32,000 bases of DNA from NCBI RefSeq assembly GCF_000012345.1, contig NC_007205.1, forward strand, positions 1,200,001-1,232,000, in the 5' to 3' direction. The position numbers and the translations under genes were made by a program. Source of the stretch: Candidatus Pelagibacter ubique HTCC1062 (lineage in GTDB: Bacteria > Pseudomonadota > Alphaproteobacteria > Pelagibacterales > Pelagibacteraceae). Position 1 is the stretch's first letter; every line of letters begins with the position of its first letter. Below the pieces are notes generated by a model. That model searched no databases. It was given only the letters and a program-made list of their open reading frames with translations, and was not told the DNA's origin. Positions 1 to 7,514 of the stretch are shown piece after piece.

Positions 1-47
1 GTTGTTTTGCCAGATCCTGGAAGACCCATAATTAATATTATTTTCAT
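1..47 (-). CDS. 5' end of a P-loop NTPase / small kinase-like gene (continues past the left window edge)
   Basis: Not in the ORF track. ATG at 47..45 on the minus strand, 1 nt after the stop of the Rieske gene (49..51). It reads MKIILIMGLPGSGKTT, a Walker A motif (G-x4-GK-T) at the extreme N-terminus as in small nucleotide kinases. Only about 15 codons are visible. Confidence 0.45.
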   Translation of the reverse strand, partial: MKIILIMGLPGSGKT

Positions 48-48
48 T

Positions 49-1242
49 TTAAACTAAGTTTGTTGCAACCCATTTATGAAATTCATGTGTAGGGTTATCC
101 ATTATCGGTGAAAAATTCCCACCATTATATACTGGTGAATTTCTACCTTCTTGCATACCCTCAATAGCTTTTATATCCTCAATCATTACTTCCTTCCAAA
201 ATTCTGCATTTTTTTTTCTCATCTCAGTAAACTCAGAACCATTTGCACTATCATCACCAACATAATACATCGTTAAATGTTCTTTAGTCTCACTAAAAGA
301 CTTAGGTTCTAACCAAAAAACATAAAAATGGTCTACATGAAGACCAATCATTACATTTGGAAATAAAGCGATATACTCAGCTTTTTTGAATAAGTCTTTA
401 GGCCAATTTGGAAAATTATTGAAACTTTGATTTCCTTTAACAGGTTGATCATATTTATTTGTTCCTTGGCCAGCAAATCTATTTGGTAAACCTTGAATAT
501 GGTAATGATCACTAATATTTGAAACTTTATTTAATTCAGGATGTATCCAAGGCAAGTGATAACTTTCACAGTAATTCTCTATTGCAAACTTCCAATTACA
601 CTTAACATCAAGACTGAAGTATCCATGATCTTTTGAGTGCTTAAGTAATTTTTGATCTTCCTTAGATATAAATTTTGACCATCTTTCTTCGAGAGGCTTG
701 ATATATTCATCAAACTCTAATTCATTACTATTTATATTGATAAATATTATATCCATCCAAATTTTGGTTTTAACCTCTTTTAAATTGCTCGATGATTTAT
801 CGAATTTTTCTGTCTCATGAACATTTAGGCCTCCTATGTGAGGTGTCGCAACCAACTTTCCATCAAAATCGTAGGACCAGGAGTGGTATGGACATCTTAA
901 GACATTTTTCAAAGCACAAGGCTCATCTAAAAGCTTGAAGCCTCTATGGCTGCAGACATTGTGAAATACCCTTATTTTTTTCTCTTTATCTCTTAAAATA
1001 ATAAGAGGGATGCCTAGTAAATTATAAGGTTGAGCATCTCCTACATTTGGCACAGAACTTCCAACGCCAATCACCGTCCATTTATCCTTGAAAATCCTCT
1101 CTCTTTCAATGCTTAGATAGTCAGAGCTAGTGTAGCACTCGTTTGGTAGGCCATGGGCTTTCTCGATGGGGTTCCCAACCACTCTAATTTTTTCCAAGTC
1201 CAAGATTTTCGAAAGTTGAAGATTTTTAAGATTTTCAGACAT
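49..1242 (-). CDS. Rieske [2Fe-2S] non-heme iron oxygenase, alpha (catalytic) subunit
   Basis: 397-aa ORF. Rieske motif C-x-H-x17-C-x2-H (CSHRGFKLLDEPCALKNVLRCPYH). Downstream mononuclear-iron region ENYCESYHLPWIH (H-x4-H). Size is typical of GbcA/CntA/stachydrine-demethylase-type and ring-hydroxylating alpha subunits. Confidence 0.85.
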   Translation of the reverse strand: MSENLKNLQLSKILDLEKIRVVGNPIEKAHGLPNECYTSSDYLSIERERIFKDKWTVIGVGSSVPNVGDAQPYNLLGIPLIILRDKEKKIRVFHNVCSHRGFKLLDEPCALKNVLRCPYHSWSYDFDGKLVATPHIGGLNVHETEKFDKSSSNLKEVKTKIWMDIIFININSNELEFDEYIKPLEERWSKFISKEDQKLLKHSKDHGYFSLDVKCNWKFAIENYCESYHLPWIHPELNKVSNISDHYHIQGLPNRFAGQGTNKYDQPVKGNQSFNNFPNWPKDLFKKAEYIALFPNVMIGLHVDHFYVFWLEPKSFSETKEHLTMYYVGDDSANGSEFTEMRKKNAEFWKEVMIEDIKAIEGMQEGRNSPVYNGGNFSPIMDNPTHEFHKWVATNLV

Positions 1243-1342
1243 TAAAAAAAATTATCACCAGCACAATTTTTGGCAACAAATATTTTATCCACAAGATGAA
1301 TTTCTTTGACAGCATATACAAAAAAGATAATCATCAGGAAAA

Positions 1343-2071
1343 ATGAATTTTTCACTTGAGGTTGGACCTCAAACAGATCTTAATACACTGCCTCCCGTTA
1401 AGGATGTTTATGTAACTATGCTTCCAGGAGGAGACTATAAAGAGACAGCTAACCAAACAGCGGCGTTAGTTAAAAAAGGATTTAATCCAGTTCCACATTT
1501 TCCAGCACGATCAATTACGGATGATGCTCAGCTTAAAGATTACATTGTAAGATGTAAAGATGTGGGTGCTAAACAAGCTTTAGTTATTGGAGGAAGTAGA
1601 GAGCCAGTTGGAAAATTTGATAGTTCAATTCAAATTTTAGAAACAGGATTTTTTGATGGAATTAAAATAGGAATAGCAGGACATCCAGAGGGAAGTCAGG
1701 ATATTTCTGATAAAGAATTAGAAAAGGCTATGATAGATAAAAAACCTTACGCCGACTATATAGTGACCCAGTGGTTATTAGAGAGTCAACCTATCGTAGA
1801 TTTCATTTCTAAGCAGTCAGTACCAGTGCATGTAGGAATTACTGGGCCAATGAAAATAACTAGCTTAATTAAATTTGCTAATATTGTCGGGGCGAAAAAT
1901 TCTATAAATTTTCTTAAGTCTAATTTTAGTAAGGCATTAGATTTATTGAAACCTAAAGACCCTAATGAATTAATTGGGAAAGTGAAAGAGTTTACTGGTA
2001 ACTTCCACATTTATACATTCGGCGGCTTGAAGGAAACAAACAAGTGGTTGAAGGAGAACGGTTATGTCTAA
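1343..2071 (+). CDS. Methylenetetrahydrofolate reductase (MetF)-family protein, short form
   Basis: 242-aa ORF with AGGAAA 5 nt upstream of the ATG. By-eye colinearity with E. coli MetF blocks: FSLEVGPQT~SFEFFPPRT, PVPHFPARS~AAPHLTCID, ALVIGGS~IVALRGD, IAGHPEG~AAYPEVHPE, IVTQWLL~AITQFFF, FHIYTFG~FHFYTLN. Confidence 0.8.
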   Translation: MNFSLEVGPQTDLNTLPPVKDVYVTMLPGGDYKETANQTAALVKKGFNPVPHFPARSITDDAQLKDYIVRCKDVGAKQALVIGGSREPVGKFDSSIQILETGFFDGIKIGIAGHPEGSQDISDKELEKAMIDKKPYADYIVTQWLLESQPIVDFISKQSVPVHVGITGPMKITSLIKFANIVGAKNSINFLKSNFSKALDLLKPKDPNELIGKVKEFTGNFHIYTFGGLKETNKWLKENGYV

Positions 2072-3422
2072 TGAATTTGACTATACTAAACTAAATCATG
2101 TAACTTCAGTTGATCAATCAGATCGTGAAGTACCATACAACTTAAGACAGAGTGGGCCTACAAAAGTTGAAATGTTAATTTCAACAAGAGTAAGAAAATC
2201 TCCGTATTGGCATTTATCAATGCAAGCAGGTTGTTGGAGAGCAACTGTATACAATCGTATTTATCACCCAAGAGGATATGTAAAGCCCGAAGATGGTGGA
2301 GCGATGGTTGAATATGAGGCAATTAAAAATCACGTTACAATGTGGAACGTTGCTGTTGAAAGACAAATTAGAGTTAAAGGTCCGGATGCAGAAAAGTTTA
2401 CTGACTACGTTATAACTAGAGATGCAACTAAAATCTCACCCATGAGAGCAAGATATGTAATTTTATGTAATGCTTATGGTGGTGTTTTAAATGATCCTAT
2501 TCTTCTTAGAATTTCAAAAGATGAATTTTGGTTCTCACTATCAGACTCTGATATTGGAATGTATCTTCAAGGTGTTAACGCTGATGGAAGATTTGATTGT
2601 ACAATTGAAGAAATTGATGTTTGCCCAGTGCAAATTCAAGGACCTAAATCAAAAGCTTTAATGAAGGATCTTATTGGAGATCAAGTGGATCTAGATAATA
2701 TGCCTTTCTATGGTTTAGCTGAAGCAAAAGTTGGTGGTAGAGATTGTGTTATTTCACAATCTGGTTTCTCAGGTGAAGCTGGATATGAAATCTACTTAAG
2801 AGAAGCAACTAAATATGCTGACGATATGTGGAATGCTGTTCTTGCTGCAGGTAAAAAACATAGCCTAATGGTTATAGCCCCTGCTCACCACAGAAGAATT
2901 CAAGCTGGAATTCTTTCTTGGGGACAAGATATGGATCATCAACACAATCCTTTCCAGTGTAACCTTGGTTACCAAGTTTCACTATCTGGCAAAGGTGAGT
3001 GGAATAAAAAAACTGACTATGTTGGAAAAGCTGCATTAGAGAAAATGGGTGCAGATCTTAAGGCTGGTCAAAAACCTTACAAACTTCAGTTAGTAGGTCT
3101 TGAGTTGGGTGGAAAACCAATTGAAGAATATGCTCCTGACTTTTGGTTAGTGTCACCTGAGAGTGGTGGAGATCCTGTAGGATTTATCACATCACCTTGG
3201 TATCACCCTGAAAAAGGTCAAAATATAGCAATGGGATATGTGCCATTTGATGGAACATTAAATGCTAATGGTTTCCCAAAAGGTAAAGTTGGAACTAAGT
3301 ACAAAGTTCACTTACCTGCTAAATATTCTGACACACCAGGAACGCCTGTTGATGCTGTGGTAGTGGATATTCCATTTACAGAATCGTTTAACGCAAACAC
3401 AAGAGAAGTCGTTAAAGGTTAA
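2064..3422 (+). CDS. GcvT-family aminomethyltransferase-fold protein (THF-dependent demethylase, DmdA-like)
   Basis: 452-aa ORF whose ATG overlaps the upstream stop by 8 nt (ATGTCTAA, 2064-2071). GcvT-family blocks seen by eye: HVTMWNVAVERQIRVKGPDAEKF, and QSGFSGEAGYEIY (compare SGYTGEDGFEI of GcvT). Confidence 0.8.
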   Translation: MSNEFDYTKLNHVTSVDQSDREVPYNLRQSGPTKVEMLISTRVRKSPYWHLSMQAGCWRATVYNRIYHPRGYVKPEDGGAMVEYEAIKNHVTMWNVAVERQIRVKGPDAEKFTDYVITRDATKISPMRARYVILCNAYGGVLNDPILLRISKDEFWFSLSDSDIGMYLQGVNADGRFDCTIEEIDVCPVQIQGPKSKALMKDLIGDQVDLDNMPFYGLAEAKVGGRDCVISQSGFSGEAGYEIYLREATKYADDMWNAVLAAGKKHSLMVIAPAHHRRIQAGILSWGQDMDHQHNPFQCNLGYQVSLSGKGEWNKKTDYVGKAALEKMGADLKAGQKPYKLQLVGLELGGKPIEEYAPDFWLVSPESGGDPVGFITSPWYHPEKGQNIAMGYVPFDGTLNANGFPKGKVGTKYKVHLPAKYSDTPGTPVDAVVVDIPFTESFNANTREVVKG

Positions 3423-3433
3423 ATTAATTATTT

Positions 3434-3454
3434 GGGGGAGGTTAATTCTCCCCC
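3434..3454 (+). terminator. Possible terminator/structured hairpin after the GcvT-like gene
   Basis: GGGGGAG (3434-3440), 7-nt loop, CTCCCCC (3448-3454), starting 12 nt after the stop at 3422. It is a G/C island in AT-rich DNA, but no U-tract follows, so intrinsic-terminator function is uncertain. Confidence 0.3.
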
Positions 3455-3461
3455 ACTAATA

Positions 3462-3572
3462 ATGACAAAATCATTCCTAATCGTAATTTGCATAATAATA
3501 ATAATTGCTTTAATACTCTTTCCACTATTTGTTTCTTACAAAGCTCAGAAAAATAGTAAAAAAAATAAATAA
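3462..3572 (+). CDS. Unannotated 36-aa hydrophobic micro-protein (single predicted TM helix, basic tail)
   Basis: Hand translation gives MTKSFLIVICIIIIIALILFPLFVSYKAQKNSKKNK. Its TAA (3570-3572) overlaps the ATG (3572-3574) of the next gene as TAATG. It is below the length cutoff of the ORF track. Confidence 0.4.
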   Translation: MTKSFLIVICIIIIIALILFPLFVSYKAQKNSKKNK

Positions 3573-4117
3573 TGTTTGGTCAATTTTTAAATATAGTTGT
3601 TCGGTCTATTAAATTAGATAAATCTCTTTACAAAGATAATAAGAACTTTGGTGAAGCTGCAATATATTTTGCAGGCCTTATCATGATACTAGACGGGCTA
3701 GCAGGAGCTGTTGCAGCAAACACTGTTATTAAAACTGCTGTTGCAATGTCTGGTTTAACTGCCATTCTTACTTGGTTTGTATGGGGACTATTTATTTATG
3801 TGATCGGTGTAAAATTATTTCCAGATAAAGATACTAAAGTTTCATTTAAAAAAGTTTTAACAGCTGTTGGGTTTGCTCATGCACCAGGGCTTTTAAGATT
3901 TTTTGCTGTAACACCAGATTTAATGATCCCAATTATATTTTTAACTCAGTTCTGGATATTTGCTGGATTAATCATTTCAACAAAACAAGTTTTAAATCTA
4001 AAGTCTAATTTTAAATCATTTGGAATAGTCTTTTTAGCTTTTTTAATAATTGCTTTTCTTTCAATATCTTTTGTAATGAGCAAAATGAATGCTTTGCCTA
4101 TAAGCAATATCAGTTAA
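3572..4117 (+). CDS. Multi-pass inner-membrane protein, Yip1-domain-like
   Basis: 181-aa ORF with about five hydrophobic segments (for example AAIYFAGLIMILDGLAGAVAA, LTAILTWFVWGLFIYVIGV, FGIVFLAFLIIAFLSISFV). Size and topology resemble bacterial Yip1-family proteins; family assignment is from memory only. Confidence 0.55.
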   Translation: MFGQFLNIVVRSIKLDKSLYKDNKNFGEAAIYFAGLIMILDGLAGAVAANTVIKTAVAMSGLTAILTWFVWGLFIYVIGVKLFPDKDTKVSFKKVLTAVGFAHAPGLLRFFAVTPDLMIPIIFLTQFWIFAGLIISTKQVLNLKSNFKSFGIVFLAFLIIAFLSISFVMSKMNALPISNIS

Positions 4118-4284
4118 ATTGGAAATATAGTTTTTGAAAGCTTACAAGAATTACAGGTTTTAAATCCTGTTAAAATTAAATTTTGAGAAACACTCGGGTC
4201 TTCTTTTTTACACTCTTCACAAAAATTATCTAATTGAAGAACTTCTTCATCATTATTATCTTGATCATTAAAGTCTTTAGTCAT
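4114..4284 (-). CDS. Small 4-Cys zinc-ribbon protein with acidic N-terminus (56 aa)
   Basis: The track ORF 4114..4311 begins with GTG. The internal ATG at 4284 overlaps the upstream stop as ATGACTAA (4277-4284). Sequence MTKDFNDQDNNDEEVLQLDNFCEECKKEDPSVSQNLILTGFKTCNSCKL carries CxxC-x18-CxxC. Without this ORF there would be an unusually long 159-bp non-coding gap in this compact region. Confidence 0.45.
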   Translation of the reverse strand: MTKDFNDQDNNDEEVLQLDNFCEECKKEDPSVSQNLILTGFKTCNSCKLSKTIFPI

Positions 4285-4888
4285 TATCAGTAAGGCCAGC
4301 TCCTGCTCCACCTTGTTTTAAGCTTTCATTTTCTTCAACAAACGTTTCTTCTGAAAGCTTATAAAGCTCATTCCATTCTTTTTCTTCAAACGAGTCTCTG
4401 TTTTCTAAAACTTTTAAATAAATATTTTCAGCAGATTCAATAATTTCGTTTTTAGTGTAATTAGAATAAATATTATTATTAAAGTTTAATAAAAACTCCC
4501 TGTCATCCATTTTTAAGAATATTCTTTTACCGATTACCTCAGCTGCTCTACTTACAAATGGTAGGAAAAGTAATGGATATGAGACTTTTTTAAACGTTAT
4601 CTCATTTAAAGTTTCTAGAGTTTTAATCTGATCTAAAAAATTTACCCCTGCGATTATTGGGCAATATTCATTTTTACCAGCCTCATTGTCTTGCTTTATG
4701 ATGCTGATATTCTCTAACCTTATTTCTTTTTTTTTCTTAAAAAAACTATTTAAGTTTTTAATTCCAGGCAAACTAAAAATTTCGAGTAGTCTTATATTTT
4801 TTCCAATCTCTTCTGCAATCCCCCATGAATATCCTGCAGCTCTACTTGATCTTTTAGAAACTGTATCTATTTCGCTTAATGATCTCAT
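4277..4888 (-). CDS. Hypothetical protein, 203 aa (possibly a DUF3726-type family; unverified recollection)
   Basis: ATG lies 5 nt after the stop of the upstream 550-aa ORF. N-terminal block SLSEIDTVSKRSSRAAGYSWGIAEEIG and Gly-rich acidic tail GGAGAGLTDND. No catalytic motif recognised. Confidence 0.6.
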   Translation of the reverse strand: MRSLSEIDTVSKRSSRAAGYSWGIAEEIGKNIRLLEIFSLPGIKNLNSFFKKKKEIRLENISIIKQDNEAGKNEYCPIIAGVNFLDQIKTLETLNEITFKKVSYPLLFLPFVSRAAEVIGKRIFLKMDDREFLLNFNNNIYSNYTKNEIIESAENIYLKVLENRDSFEEKEWNELYKLSEETFVEENESLKQGGAGAGLTDND

Positions 4889-4893
4889 GATGA

Positions 4894-6546
4894 TTAATTA
4901 TAAACCCAATGTTCATCATAGTTTTTTAATTGCTCTGGTAGGGGTGCTCCTTGAAACATACATATTCTTAGCCACTTATCAGAACGTGGATCAAATTTTA
5001 ATGCTCCAAAAAAAGATAATTTTAGTCTCAACATATCAATAGGCATTATTTCTTGGCCAATAGTATTGTCTTGTATTTCAGAATAAGGAAATTTCTCTAC
5101 TATAAATGCTCTTCTTACAACGTGTCTTAACTCATTATTGGTTGATAAAAATTTAGCAATAGTCCAACTATTTTTAGCAACCGTTAACGATTCATAAAGT
5201 TTTTTAATATCTCTTGCAATTGCTAAGGGTTGCTCTAACTCAGCACCCACTTCATCAAATCTATTTGCTAGTCTTGGTTCCTCTTTATTTTTTGAGATAA
5301 ACCAAAAATTTAAATTATTTTCATCTTTGGTAAAATCTATTGTTAAGATATCTGGATATTTTTTTTCTAAAATTAGCTTTAAGTCTTCTACCGTTCGCTC
5401 AGTTGGAATATTGAAATATTTTTCTTCTTCAGAGCTCATTTCTTTAATTAATGGAGACGTTATATCATCATAAGGTTCCATCATCATTGAGACGACATAT
5501 TCAATGCATTCTTCACAATATTTTTTTTCTAAATACAGATATAATTCGTTAAAGGCATAATCTTGCTCAAAATTAAATTCATTATCTAGATAGACAATAA
5601 ATTCATTAAGATCTTTCAATAAAGATTTAATCTTATTTATTTGATATTCACTTTCAGTATTCCAAGAAGTGATATTCTTTATTGATTTTTTTAAACATTC
5701 TAAAAATAAGTTTTTATCTTTCTCTGATATTGTTTTTATCTCTCTTATTTTTTTTAAAGAAATTTCTCTTGCTGAAATCCAGTTATTTAAAAGAGTTGGA
5801 TGATTAACAATAAATGGCGCCATTCCAAGACCTGTAGAATTTCCTATTCCTAAACCTTTACAAATATTTATATCAAGATTTACAGCTTTTTTTGGATTCT
5901 TACTTTTTGCAACGTGATTAACTTGATCAAAAGTAAATTGTCTTACCAGATAAACCAACATCATTTCCAATCTAAATGGACCATATATTTCTTCTCGGTC
6001 TTTAATTCTAAATCTGTCTGCTAAGCCAAATTTACCTGACCCATAAACTGCTGTGGTTCTATATAAATAACCAACACTAGTTAACAAATCATTATCAGGC
6101 TGCTTACCTTCGCTTAAACATTCAACCACATGATTGAAAACTCTTACTGATTTATTAGCTCTTGAAAGAGTTAATTCTTTATAAGAAAGTCTGCCAAATT
6201 CTTGTTTGGGTACTTCGTTTTTTAATCTTTCAATATCTTGTTTTTTTGGAACACCATCAAAAAGTGTGAAGGCTGCATCCCATTTGGTAGCTATAACTCT
6301 ATCTGATCTTTCATTATCATCTAATTCATTTGCAAAACAAATTAATGAATACACTCTATTTTTTTTCTTAAATGAATAAACTGCAGTACCATAGCCATGT
6401 TCGTTTAATTCAAATAAATCTCTTTTGTAATTCCAATCCTTAAACTCTTTTAAAAAACTTCTTAAAAATGAAAGTTTAGATTGATGAAAAGATCCAAGTC
6501 TTGATAGCTTCATTACTACATTGGGATCTCTTAAAGAAATATTCAT
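4894..6546 (-). CDS. Hypothetical protein, 550 aa, no recognisable family
   Basis: Long uninterrupted frame in AT-rich DNA, where random frames close quickly. Its ATG overlaps the upstream stop as ATGA (6543-6546). I saw no P-loop, classical Rossmann GxGxxG or HExxH. Notable blocks: GLGIGNSTGLGMAPFIVNHP and a single CEEC. Confidence 0.75.
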   Translation of the reverse strand: MNISLRDPNVVMKLSRLGSFHQSKLSFLRSFLKEFKDWNYKRDLFELNEHGYGTAVYSFKKKNRVYSLICFANELDDNERSDRVIATKWDAAFTLFDGVPKKQDIERLKNEVPKQEFGRLSYKELTLSRANKSVRVFNHVVECLSEGKQPDNDLLTSVGYLYRTTAVYGSGKFGLADRFRIKDREEIYGPFRLEMMLVYLVRQFTFDQVNHVAKSKNPKKAVNLDINICKGLGIGNSTGLGMAPFIVNHPTLLNNWISAREISLKKIREIKTISEKDKNLFLECLKKSIKNITSWNTESEYQINKIKSLLKDLNEFIVYLDNEFNFEQDYAFNELYLYLEKKYCEECIEYVVSMMMEPYDDITSPLIKEMSSEEEKYFNIPTERTVEDLKLILEKKYPDILTIDFTKDENNLNFWFISKNKEEPRLANRFDEVGAELEQPLAIARDIKKLYESLTVAKNSWTIAKFLSTNNELRHVVRRAFIVEKFPYSEIQDNTIGQEIMPIDMLRLKLSFFGALKFDPRSDKWLRICMFQGAPLPEQLKNYDEHWVYN

Positions 6547-7514
6547 TGATTCATTTCTTTGTAAAAATTGTACCAGTTGTTTCCAAGAATTCCATTTACT
6601 TCACTTTCTGAAAAACCAACTTTTTTAAGTCCTATCTCTAAGTTTTCAAATCCTCTTGCATCTAAAAACCAATCAGGTTGTTTTGGAAAACCAGGTTTGT
6701 TTTTAGACCCTTCTCCATAATTTTTGCTTTTAGTCCAAGTACCATTTCTCATCCACTCAACAATAGTATCTGGTTGGTTTAAACAAAGATCTGAACCTAT
6801 TCCAATTTTTTCAACTCCCATAATCTCAGCAGTCTTAGCTGTCATTTCACAAAAGCTTTCCAAAGAACAATCTGTTCCATCTTTTAAATGATGAGGATAT
6901 AAAGATAGACCCAACATTCCTTTGTGTTTGGATAAAATTTTTAATAGTTCGTTTGATTTGTTTCTCTTAGCTGGGTGCCAAAATGATGGATTTGCATGAG
7001 TTATTGCAATTGGTTTTTCACTTATCTCAATTGCATCAATTGTACTTTTTTCTGCTGAATGAGACATGTCTATTACAAGACCTAATCTATTCATCTCTTT
7101 AATTACCTCTTTACCAAAATTAGTAACCCCACTATCTATTGCTTCATAACATCCCGTCGCTAGTAAGGACTGATTATTATAAGTAAGCTGCATAAACCTA
7201 CATCCTAAATCATAAACTTTTTCAACCAATCCAATATCATCTTCTATAGGTGAACAATTTTGAAAACCAAAAAAAACTGCAGTTTTATTTTCAGATTTAG
7301 CTTTTTCAATATCTTTAAAACTTTTACCGTGAAAAATTAAGTCGGAATTTTCTGAAAAGTGATTTTCCCAATTTTTTAATACCGTTTTTAGCTCATCAAA
7401 ATCTTCGTGGTAAACAATAGTTACATGGATTGCATCCAGTCCTGCTTGTTTATTGATCTGAAAAATTTCTCTAGACCAGTTACAATATTGTAAATTATCA
7501 ATTTTAAAATTCAT
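6543..7514 (-). CDS. Peptidase M19 (renal/membrane dipeptidase)-fold amidohydrolase, atypical metal site
   Basis: Blocks match renal dipeptidase by eye: FGKEVIKEMNRLGLVIDMSHSA, KPIAITHANP...RNK, IGIGSDL, NGILGNNWYNFY. I prefer the ATG at 7514 (MNFKIDNLQY) over the TTG at 7544 given in the track. Confidence 0.8.
   Translation of the reverse strand: MNFKIDNLQYCNWSREIFQINKQAGLDAIHVTIVYHEDFDELKTVLKNWENHFSENSDLIFHGKSFKDIEKAKSENKTAVFFGFQNCSPIEDDIGLVEKVYDLGCRFMQLTYNNQSLLATGCYEAIDSGVTNFGKEVIKEMNRLGLVIDMSHSAEKSTIDAIEISEKPIAITHANPSFWHPAKRNKSNELLKILSKHKGMLGLSLYPHHLKDGTDCSLESFCEMTAKTAEIMGVEKIGIGSDLCLNQPDTIVEWMRNGTWTKSKNYGEGSKNKPGFPKQPDWFLDARGFENLEIGLKKVGFSESEVNGILGNNWYNFYKEMNQ

Noticed and set aside
1306-1333. 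Perfect -35 hexamer TTGACA (1306-1311) upstream of the MetF-like gene.
   Set aside because: The best -10-like hexamers (GATAAT, ATAATC, TAATCA) give 14-16-nt spacers. They would also place the transcription start on top of the AGGAAA ribosome-binding site and ATG at 1343. This is not convincing.
2064-3422. Temptation to name the GcvT-family gene dmdA (DMSP demethylase).
   Set aside because: Only family-level blocks are visible. The protein is about 80 aa longer than the SAR11 DmdA I remember and has a different N-terminus. Without phylogeny the specific name would be unsupported.
4686-5042. The longest shadow ORF (118 aa, plus strand), spanning the junction of the 203-aa and 550-aa minus-strand genes.
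   Set aside because: It overlaps two translationally coupled minus-strand genes. Its sequence is hydrophobic low-complexity typical of the antisense of AT-rich coding DNA, and no RBS or partner genes lie on the plus strand.
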